Part shown: positions 1 to 6,453 of the stretch, in pieces
How positions within the stretch are numbered: the stretch's first letter is position 1
Layout of the letters: each line of letters begins with the position of its first letter
Source: Chlamydiota bacterium
GTDB lineage: Bacteria; Auribacterota; JACPWU01
Length of the DNA: 32,000 nt
Reading direction: 5' to 3'
NCBI GenBank assembly: GCA_016196885.1
Contig: JACPWU010000012.1
Span: 1-32,000 of the forward strand
The notes under the pieces: generated by a model
Seen by the model: the letters and a program-made list of their open reading frames with translations, nothing else
Databases searched by the model: none
Told to the model about the DNA's origin: nothing
Position numbers and translations under genes: made by a program

Positions 1-20
1 GTCGGTAAATTGGAAAAGGT

Positions 21-31
21 GGTCTCCCCAA
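21..31. repeat. Left subterminal inverted repeat of the IS (GGTCTCCCCAA)
   Basis: Exact reverse complement of 1472-1482. Confidence 0.6.
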
Positions 32-136
32 GTATTTAAACTTGATGAGCTCTGAACACGAAGTGTTCGGCTATTATGAAGGGGAGAAGAATGGTTGACC
101 CAAACGTCATCCAACATAAGAAAAGGAGACCACCCA

Positions 137-1135
137 ATGTACGACCATTATATAGCAGTTGACTGGGCACAAAGCAACATGGCGATAGCAAGAATGACAA
201 AAGAGAGTGATAAAATCAAGACCGTAGATGTACGATCTGATCTTAAGGAACTAAAGCTATACTTAACGCAAGCCAGGGGTAAGAAGATACTGACATTTGA
301 GGAAACGACAACATCGCAGTGGTTGTACACAGAATTAAGGGGTTACGTTGATGAGATATTGGTGTGTGACCCGTATAGGAACTACCTATTAAGTGAAGGA
401 GCAAAAACAGATCGCCAGGATGCGGTGAAGCTGGTGCAGCTATTAAGGGCGGGGCTATTAAAGCCTGTGTATCACAGTGAGGATAAATTTATCCAGATGA
501 GGAAATGGGTCAGCGGATACACAGACATGGTGAAGGCAGTGGTGAGGCTAAAGAATCAAAGGGCAGCCTTATTTCGAGGGAAAGGGCAAGACAAGAGAGA
601 GAAGGAAGTAGAAGGGACCATGGAGAGATTTGTATTGGAAGGACTTGAGAAAGTGCTGGAGTCTTACGAGGGGCAAACCACACGATACAAGTTGGAGATG
701 AGAAAGTTTTTTAAGGAACATGAGATGCTGCGCAAGCTGGACGCAGTACCCGGGATAGGGGAAATAGGGGCAATGAAGATTGTAGCGATTGTAGTGGATC
801 CGAAACGATTCAAAGACAGAAGCAACTGGCTAAGTTATTTGGGGCTTGTCAAGCACGCCTTGATGAGTGGAGGAAGAAGCTATGTGAGAAGGCAAGGGAG
901 ATATTGTCGTGCGCTCAAAAGTGTATTTAAGACAGCGGCTTTAAGTGTGATCGTAAGTGAGCAAAGGAACCTATTCAAAGACTACTATGAACATTTGATA
1001 AAAGAGAAAAACTATTCTGAACAAAATGCGCGGCATGCATTGGCTCGCAGAATTGCGACAGTTGTTTGGGGAATATTCAAAAGCGGGAAAGCACTTATAT
1101 CACAGAGGAGGTTAAAAGAAGGGATCAAAAACTAG
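137..1135 (+). CDS. IS110-family DEDD transposase/recombinase (332 aa)
   Basis: N-terminal RuvC-like acidic residues sit in the contexts IAVDWA, FEETT, VCDP and KTDRQDA. The C-terminal part has LDAVPGIGEIGAMKIV (HhH-like) and LGLVKHALMSGG (Ser motif), typical of the Transposase_20 domain. AAGGAG (123-128) lies 8 nt before ATG 137. The TTG at 95 in the ORF track has no SD. Confidence 0.9.
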   Translation: MYDHYIAVDWAQSNMAIARMTKESDKIKTVDVRSDLKELKLYLTQARGKKILTFEETTTSQWLYTELRGYVDEILVCDPYRNYLLSEGAKTDRQDAVKLVQLLRAGLLKPVYHSEDKFIQMRKWVSGYTDMVKAVVRLKNQRAALFRGKGQDKREKEVEGTMERFVLEGLEKVLESYEGQTTRYKLEMRKFFKEHEMLRKLDAVPGIGEIGAMKIVAIVVDPKRFKDRSNWLSYLGLVKHALMSGGRSYVRRQGRYCRALKSVFKTAALSVIVSEQRNLFKDYYEHLIKEKNYSEQNARHALARRIATVVWGIFKSGKALISQRRLKEGIKN

Positions 1136-1471
1136 GGCAGACCTATAAGGGCCTTACAGGGATTCATTCTGACTTGCAATGATCAGAATAAAAGGATCTT
1201 ACAGGTGAGCGTAGAGAGTTCAACGGGAATGATGTCCCCTGCAAAAAGAAGCAGGAGAGACACAGTGCTGTCGGTTAACCCACGCTCTATTTTCCTAACA
1301 TTTATTGTAGCCCCAAGGAGGGAAGTTTAATCCTTGAGAGAGCTCATATAGACGCATCAGGAATACTGCCAATAAAGAAAAGATCCAAGCTCAGTTGGAG
1401 GGTTATCTTCGTTGTTAAGAAAGAATGAAAAACTGTAAAAGCGGGTTCATGATGGTTCATCGGCTCTCTCA

Positions 1472-1482
1472 TTGGGGAGACC
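1472..1482. repeat. Right (sub)terminal inverted repeat of the IS (TTGGGGAGACC)
   Basis: Exact reverse complement of 21-31, followed directly by GTAAAT, which also occurs at 5-10. Confidence 0.6.
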
Positions 1483-1555
1483 GTAAATCAGGCAATTTAA
1501 AAAACAAAAAATTGCTAAGGGGGAGAATTTTTCCTTGACTTACTTTTCCATAGAC

Positions 1556-1706
1556 ATTCCCGCAGAGTCTGTCCCCGCGAAGGCGGGGATCTAGCGGGAA
1601 TCCAGGGTGGATGGTTCCCCGTCTACCCCACAGGGGCTATTTCGTTGAAGCCTGCGGGGACGACGTCTGGATCCGTCCCCGAGAGTTTCAGTCGGGGATC
1701 CATCCA
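1556..1706. repeat. Cluster of GC-rich nested palindromes (CCCCG/CGGGG hairpins)
   Basis: ATTCCCGC (1556-1563) pairs with GCGGGAAT (1595-1602) and encloses TCCCCGC-GAAG-GCGGGGA (1572-1589). Further hairpins are CCCC-ACA-GGGG (~1626-1636) and GGATCCGTCCCCGA...TCGGGGATCC (~1669-1700). GGATGG (~1610-1615) pairs with CCATCC (1701-1706). Confidence 0.7.
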
Positions 1707-1808
1707 TTTCGTGGATGACAGGCTGTAGGCATTTTGAGCTCGTGATGAGAAATGCAGGACTGCGCTAAAAATCTCAGGGACGCGGGCGGCTTCGTCAATG
1801 AAGAGGTA

Positions 1809-1838
1809 TTGACCGGGAACATATCTTTAAAGTATAAT
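1809..1838 (+). promoter_or_regulatory. Sigma70-like promoter candidate upstream of rlmN (TTGACC-N18-TATAAT)
   Basis: TTGACC at 1809-1814 and TATAAT at 1833-1838 with an 18-nt spacer, oriented toward rlmN (ATG 1966). Confidence 0.5.
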
Positions 1839-1872
1839 TTAAAAATCAAGCTTATTTTTTAAATTATACTTT
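1829..1872. repeat. Perfect 17-bp AT-rich inverted repeat overlapping the -10 box
   Basis: AAAGTATAATTTAAAAA (1829-1845) and TTTTTAAATTATACTTT (1856-1872) are exact reverse complements. The 10-nt loop is TCAAGCTTAT. Confidence 0.85.
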
Positions 1873-1965
1873 GTAGGTATTGAGGGGACCTCTTCCCCTT
1901 TTCCCCCTTGACCCACTCCTTTTCTCTGATACCCTTTCCAAAAGGGTATTTCCTGAGAGTCAGTC

Positions 1966-3045
1966 ATGATAGACGCTAAAAATACAAAAATTTTTCTATC
2001 CGGGCTTCTTTTGGAAGAGCTTCAGGCTCAGTGTGTAAACGGGGGTTTTGAGGTTTATCGAGCCAAGCAGATTTTAGATGGGATTTATCGGGAAGGGGTT
2101 GTAGAAACAGATCAAATTCGAAATTTGCCCAAGGACTTGAAGGAGTTTCTAAATCCAGCATTTCAGGTTCACAATCTTTCAGTCGTAGAGCGTGCCCATT
2201 CTAAGGGAGATCACAGCATTAAATATTTATTTCGACTTTCGGATGATGAACTGGTGGAAGCGGTGTGGATGCCTCAAGCGCGTTTTAAAACCATCTGCGT
2301 TTCGACGCAGGTGGGCTGCCCCATGCGATGCAGTTTTTGCGCGAGCGGTCAAGTGAGATTCAAACGCCATCTGGAAACCCATGAAATGGTCGGGCAGATT
2401 TTGGCCATTGTCGCAGATTTAGAAAAGGGAGAGCGCCCTGGACATATTGTATTTATGGGCATGGGAGAGCCTCTTCTTAATTTTGAGAATTTATTAAAAA
2501 CCATTCAAATTTTAAAAGCACCTTGGGGATTGGGCATCGGGGCTCGGAAAATCACGGTTTCAACGGTGGGTTATGTGCCTGGAATTTTGAAATGGATTGA
2601 GGCAGGCGACAAATTAAATCAAGTGCGTTTGAGTATTTCTCTTCACGCGACACAAGACAAGACGCGAAGCCGGATCATGCCCATCAACGATCAATATTCC
2701 CTTTCTAAATTATGGGCCACTTTAAGAAAATATTCTGAAGAGACGGGGCGTCTCGTTACGTTTGAATATGTTCTCTTGAAAGACGTGAATGATCGCTTAA
2801 GCGATGCCCAAGCTTTGGCAAAAATGTTGGAGGAGATTGCGCACAGCGTCAATGTGATTGAATACAATGAAGTTGCAGGAACGGGTCTTGAGAGATCTCC
2901 TCGCGGAGAAGATTTTGTCGCCGAGCTGAGAAATCTAGGCGTGGCTGTGACCTATCGCCGCAGCAAAGGACGGGACATTGAAGCCGCGTGCGGGCAGTTG
3001 AGGGGAAAGTTTATTCAAAAAACGTACGGCGGACTTCGAACATAG
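1966..3045 (+). CDS. rlmN: 23S rRNA/tRNA adenine-C2 methyltransferase RlmN (radical SAM)
   Basis: Radical-SAM CxxxCxxC motif (GCPMRCSFCASG), MGMGEPLLN, ITVSTVG and a C-terminal GRDIEAACGQL with the second catalytic Cys. Length is 359 aa. Confidence 0.9.
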   Translation: MIDAKNTKIFLSGLLLEELQAQCVNGGFEVYRAKQILDGIYREGVVETDQIRNLPKDLKEFLNPAFQVHNLSVVERAHSKGDHSIKYLFRLSDDELVEAVWMPQARFKTICVSTQVGCPMRCSFCASGQVRFKRHLETHEMVGQILAIVADLEKGERPGHIVFMGMGEPLLNFENLLKTIQILKAPWGLGIGARKITVSTVGYVPGILKWIEAGDKLNQVRLSISLHATQDKTRSRIMPINDQYSLSKLWATLRKYSEETGRLVTFEYVLLKDVNDRLSDAQALAKMLEEIAHSVNVIEYNEVAGTGLERSPRGEDFVAELRNLGVAVTYRRSKGRDIEAACGQLRGKFIQKTYGGLRT

Positions 3046-3122
3046 AACTTCGATTCTTTACGATGTCCGAGGTACGAAGTACGTTGTTCGATGCTCAAAT
3101 CGTTAAGTAGAAACGACACTTT

Positions 3123-4355
3123 ATGGAGACAAGACTAAAGAGGTATGCAGTAAGCGATCTCATTGAACTCAAGGTGGATTCCGTTGCCTTTGGGGGTGAA
3201 GCCGTGGGGCGTTTGGATGGTTTGGTAGTGTTTGTGGACGGGGCGATCGATGGGGAGAAGGTTCAAGCGGAAATTGTTCAAGTGAAGAAAAAATATTTGA
3301 AGGCGCGACTTCTCAAAATTCTGGAACCTTCCCCTTTTCGGGTGAAGCCTCCGTGCAAGGTTTTTGGAGAATGTGGAGGCTGCCAATATCAGCACATGGA
3401 TTATGCGCATCAATTGTCTGTGAAAGAGGCGCAGGTGCGTGAAATATTGGAACGAATCGGCCGTTTAAAAAATTTTGAAATGGATCCTATCAAGGCTTCT
3501 CCACATCCTTACGGTTACCGGACCCGAGTAGATTTTCATCTTGTGAATGAAGAGAGTTTCAAAATGGGTTTTATTGATCAGGGAGGAAGAGACATTGTAG
3601 ATGTTGAAGAATGTCCAATTAGCTCTCCGGCGATTAATCGTTCCTATCAAAATTTAAGAGATGAAATTCGTGGAGGTAGAGCCCAACTTCCCTTATGGAC
3701 ACAAGAGATCAAATTCTGGGATGTTGAAGAGGGGGTTCATTATTTTCCCCTGGGACATGAGGGCCAAGTAGATCTTCAGGGAAGAAGTTTTCTCAAAATT
3801 AAAATCCGAGATCGTGTGTTTCAAGTTCATCCCTTGTCTTTTTTCCAAGTGAATGTGGAGATGATTCCAGGGCTTGTTGATTGTGTAGAGGATTTTTTGG
3901 AATTGGAGGGAAATGAATTTTTGCTCGACTGTTACAGCGGAGTGGGTCTTTTCACTGTTTTTCTGGGCGCTCGTGTCAGACGTTCGTGGGGTGTGGAATG
4001 GGATCCTGAGGCCGTTCGTGTTGCGAGAATCAATGCCCAAATCAACGGCCTTCGCAATTGTGAATTTTGGCAAGGGAGCACGGAAAAGTTTTTCAAAAAG
4101 GCAAAAGCCACTTTGCCTGAAAAAGTGGATCGTGTTATTCTGGACCCGACACGGGCGGGTTGTCACAAAACCGTGTTAGAGTCTTTGATTGCTTTAGGAG
4201 TCCCTCGAATGGTGTACGTCTCTTGCAATCCCACCACCTTGGCCAGGGATCTGGCCTTTTTATGCCAGAACGGCTATCAGCTTGAGCGTGTGCAACCCTT
4301 GGATCTTTTTCCACAGACAAGGCATTGCGAAGTGGTGGTGAGTTTGAAAAAATGA
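3123..4355 (+). CDS. rlmD: RumA/RlmD-family 23S rRNA (uracil-C5)-methyltransferase (TRAM + Fe-S + SAM MTase)
   Basis: N-terminal TRAM-like beta domain (VAFGGEAVGRLDGLVVFVDGAIDGEKV). Cys cluster CKVFGECGGCQYQH. SAM-binding DCYSGVGLF. Catalytic region DPTRAGC and VYVSCNPTTLARD. Confidence 0.8.
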   Translation: METRLKRYAVSDLIELKVDSVAFGGEAVGRLDGLVVFVDGAIDGEKVQAEIVQVKKKYLKARLLKILEPSPFRVKPPCKVFGECGGCQYQHMDYAHQLSVKEAQVREILERIGRLKNFEMDPIKASPHPYGYRTRVDFHLVNEESFKMGFIDQGGRDIVDVEECPISSPAINRSYQNLRDEIRGGRAQLPLWTQEIKFWDVEEGVHYFPLGHEGQVDLQGRSFLKIKIRDRVFQVHPLSFFQVNVEMIPGLVDCVEDFLELEGNEFLLDCYSGVGLFTVFLGARVRRSWGVEWDPEAVRVARINAQINGLRNCEFWQGSTEKFFKKAKATLPEKVDRVILDPTRAGCHKTVLESLIALGVPRMVYVSCNPTTLARDLAFLCQNGYQLERVQPLDLFPQTRHCEVVVSLKK

Positions 4356-4360
4356 CAAAT

Positions 4361-4430
4361 TTCCAATGTCCAATTGGGCATTGATTCATTGGTGATTCAT
4401 TTGGCATTTGATATTGGAAATTGTTTTTTA
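4361..4430. terminator. Imperfect long palindrome between convergent genes, flanked by T-runs on both strands (bidirectional terminator candidate)
   Basis: AAATTTCCAAT...ATTGGAAATT arms built from nine heptamers (4361-4423). TTTTTT follows on the + strand, and TTTTTT follows on the - strand (complement of AAAAAA at 4347-4352). Confidence 0.5.
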
Positions 4431-4742
4431 TGATTCTTCTTCTTTTTGCACCAGCGTACTCAGAATGTTTGTAAGATCCACTTTTTGTCCTTCATGGTGT
4501 ATCTCATATCCGTGGCGCTCTAGCCAACTGAGGACGCCTCTTAAGGAATCAAGGGCGTATTCTCTTTTCTGCTGATTTTGTTTATAGATTTCGTCTAAGT
4601 TTTCTTTTTGCCAAAAATCTTCGTTCTTGGCATCATAGGCTAAAGTGACCTCATAATCGGTGCTGGCCGTTGAGAGCGCAAAGATTTCCTTGAGCAAATC
4701 ATCGTTTAATTCTAAAATTTTATTCTCGGTGACATTTTCCAT
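4428..4742 (-). CDS. Hypothetical acidic protein (104 aa), no family recognised
   Basis: Open frame with AAGGAG 7 nt upstream of the ATG at 4742. The longer ORF-track start (4796) lacks an SD. Confidence 0.55.
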   Translation of the reverse strand: MENVTENKILELNDDLLKEIFALSTASTDYEVTLAYDAKNEDFWQKENLDEIYKQNQQKREYALDSLRGVLSWLERHGYEIHHEGQKVDLTNILSTLVQKEEES

Positions 4743-4812
4743 AAACTTTCTCCTTATTTCCTTTAGTGCGAGGTATGGTACAATTTTAAATATCAAAAAT
4801 CAAACGTCAAAT

Positions 4813-4880
4813 AGTCGTGAGTCGTGAGTTTGAAAAGCATTATTTTTTTACTCACAACTCGCCCCTCACGACTCACGACT
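4813..4880. repeat. Inverted repeat of tandem heptamers in the divergent promoter region
   Basis: AGTCGTGAGTCGTGAG (4813-4828) and CTCACGACTCACGACT (4865-4880) are exact reverse complements. A degenerate third copy CTCACAACTCG lies in the loop. Confidence 0.85.
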
Positions 4881-4899
4881 GTTTTTCCGGGAGGCTTTG

Positions 4900-5928
4900 A
4901 TGAAAGCCATTATCTTCCGTGAACAGGGGGGACCTGAAAAGTTGGAATATAGGGATGTCCCAGAGCCTAAACTTGGGATCGGGGAGGTTCTGGTCCGCGT
5001 CAAGGCTTGTTCGATCAATCATCTGGATATTTGGGTTAGGCAGGGGATCCCCGCTTATAAAACGAAACTCCCTCATATTTCGGGCTGCGATGTATCGGGA
5101 GATATCTTTTCTTTAGGAGAAGGTGTCACGGGCCTTGAAAGGGGGATGAGGGTGATTGTTGTGCCTGGCTTGAGTTGCTTTCAGTGCGAATATTGCCTTT
5201 CTGGAAATGACAATTTGTGCCAGGAATATAAAATTTTGGGGGCTGGGACCGATGGAGGCTATGCCGAATTTGTAAAGGCCCGTGCCATAGATATCATCCC
5301 GATTTCAAACGAACTTTCTTTTGAGGTGGCGGCGGCTTTCCCTCTGACCTTTCTAACAGCTTGGCATATGTTGATGACACGCTGTCATCTTCAGGCGGGC
5401 CAGAGCGTTTTGATTCATGCTGCAGGAAGTGGTGTGGGTTCTGCGGCGATTCAAATGGCTCATTTGGCGGGCGCCTTTGTCATTGCGACTGCAGGGACTG
5501 ACGAAAAATGTGAAAAGGCAAAAACATTAGGCGCAGATCACACGATTCATTATGAAAAGGAAGATTTCTCAAAAAGGGTTCGTACCCTGACGCAGGGAAG
5601 AGGGGTCGATGTGGTGTTTGAGCATGTCGGACTTCAGACGTGGGCAAAAAGTGTTCAGAGCTTGGCAAAAAATGGGAAGCTCGTCACATGTGGAGCGACG
5701 ACGGGCAATGATGTGCCCTTGGATCTTCGGTACGTTTTCTCCAGACAGCTTTCTCTCTTAGGCTCCATGATGGGCTGTCGTCGAGAGCTTCTCACTGTGT
5801 TAAATTTGGTGAGTGCCAAAAAATTAAAACCCGTGGTTGATCAGATTTTTCCTCTTTCCGAAGCTCGGGCAGCTCAGGAGAGAATGCTGGAGAGAAAAAA
5901 TATGGGAAAAATTTTATTGGTCCCTTAA
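4900..5928 (+). CDS. Zinc-binding medium-chain dehydrogenase/reductase (alcohol dehydrogenase / quinone oxidoreductase family)
   Basis: GPEKLEYRDVPEP...GEVLVRVKACSINHLD, catalytic-zinc context GCDVSG, structural-zinc Cys cluster CFQCEYCLSGNDNLC, Rossmann AAGSGVGSAAIQ. GGGAGG precedes ATG 4900. Confidence 0.85.
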   Translation: MKAIIFREQGGPEKLEYRDVPEPKLGIGEVLVRVKACSINHLDIWVRQGIPAYKTKLPHISGCDVSGDIFSLGEGVTGLERGMRVIVVPGLSCFQCEYCLSGNDNLCQEYKILGAGTDGGYAEFVKARAIDIIPISNELSFEVAAAFPLTFLTAWHMLMTRCHLQAGQSVLIHAAGSGVGSAAIQMAHLAGAFVIATAGTDEKCEKAKTLGADHTIHYEKEDFSKRVRTLTQGRGVDVVFEHVGLQTWAKSVQSLAKNGKLVTCGATTGNDVPLDLRYVFSRQLSLLGSMMGCRRELLTVLNLVSAKKLKPVVDQIFPLSEARAAQERMLERKNMGKILLVP

Positions 5929-5980
5929 GGAATCAATAGTGAAAAGTGAAAAATTTAAAGGAATTTCATTCTCTATTTTG

Positions 5981-6310
5981 TTATGAAACATTCATGCCGA
6001 CTGAGGTCGGCACAAAGGGGGATGAAAATCACCCTTGTAGTCGCCCCATTTATGGGGCGGTCTATGACATTGGGGTATTGGGCATTGCCCGATAAATCGG
6101 GCGACTACAAGCTATCAGGATGTTGGATTCCACTCTCTCGTTCAAGCTTGTGTAGTCGCCCGATTTATCGGGCAGCCCCATAAATGGGGCGACTACAAAA
6201 TAAGGAAGGAGAGGTGAGGTAGAGGCGGGCGGGGCTTTCATTGCACACGAGGACCCCCAAAAGGGTCATTGAAATTAAACCAAAGAGGGGAGTTTTTCTC
6301 TCCCCTTACG
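5981..6310 (+). repeat. Mosaic (BIME-like) repeat element containing four GTAG-headed REP units (two REPIN doublets)
   Basis: REP units at 6037-6058, 6087-6108 (inverted), 6152-6173 and 6175-6196 (inverted). 5981-6117 is identical to 14783-14919 except for one base. 6119-6196 matches the reverse complement of 29869-29950. Confidence 0.85.
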
Positions 6311-6453
6311 ACCGAGTCCGGGTACCCGCCGCAGCGGGTGGACGAGGAAGTGGTTGAAGCCCGACAGGGCGGAAACCAAAGCCGAGAAGCGAAAACCACT
6401 TAAGGGGAGTTGGAGGGGTTACAGCGAAAGAAGAGGAATCATCTTTGTAAAAA

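Larger units (their letters stand above)
5..1488 (+). mobile_element. IS110-family insertion sequence with IS1111-like layout (short 5' arm, ~350-nt non-coding 3' arm); boundaries approximate
   Basis: A DEDD-type transposase ORF is bracketed by the 11-bp inverted repeat GGTCTCCCCAA (21-31) / TTGGGGAGACC (1472-1482). A direct GTAAAT lies at 5-10 and 1483-1488. The window edge leaves only 4 nt of left flank, so the left end cannot be fixed. Confidence 0.55.

Noticed and set aside
95-136. The ORF track gives longer N-terminal extensions for several genes (95, 4796, 4897, 12470, 16627, 31308).
   Set aside because: In each case an internal ATG fits better. It either has a clear SD (AAGGAG or GGGAGG at 137, 4742, 4900 and 12341) or matches the conserved family N-terminus (16642, 31242). 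The extensions run into repeats or promoter regions.
1567-1597. GTCTGTCCCCGCGAAGGCGGGGATCTAGCGG resembles a type I-E CRISPR repeat (GTTCCCCGCGCCAGCGGGGATAAACCG).
   Set aside because: There is only one good copy. Neighbouring CCCCG hairpins are not the same repeat and do not follow a regular repeat-spacer period. No cas genes or leader are present. The similarity may just reflect a short GC hairpin.
3693-4166. Long antisense ORFs lie inside housekeeping genes (e.g. 3693-4166 -, 8143-8583 -, 21741-22238 -, 21952-22530 -, 19182-19571 -).
   Set aside because: They are fully embedded opposite genes with strong family signatures. They have no SD or recognisable motifs and show the composition typical of antisense frames.
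5983-6183. ORFs of 61-66 aa share VVAPFMG...PD(K/E)SGDYK (5983-6183 +, 14755-14940 +, 29755-29952 -).
   Set aside because: They read straight through the REP palindromes. The peptide similarity is fully explained by nucleotide repeat identity. There is no SD, and one copy of the same repeat overlaps the ilvE stop.
6037-6196. The GTAGTCGCC... repeats could be read as a CRISPR array.
   Set aside because: Units alternate in orientation and their spacing is irregular (from 1 nt up to ~43 nt between units). They occur as palindromic doublets at five scattered loci, and no cas genes are present. REP/REPIN is the better explanation.
6340-6400. GACAGGGCGGAAACCAAAGCCGAG vaguely recalls c-di-GMP-I riboswitch core sequences (GGCAAACC ... 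CAAAGCC).
   Set aside because: The two motifs are far too close together to form the two-hairpin GEMM-I architecture, and the other conserved positions are missing. It remains an unassigned GC-rich structure.
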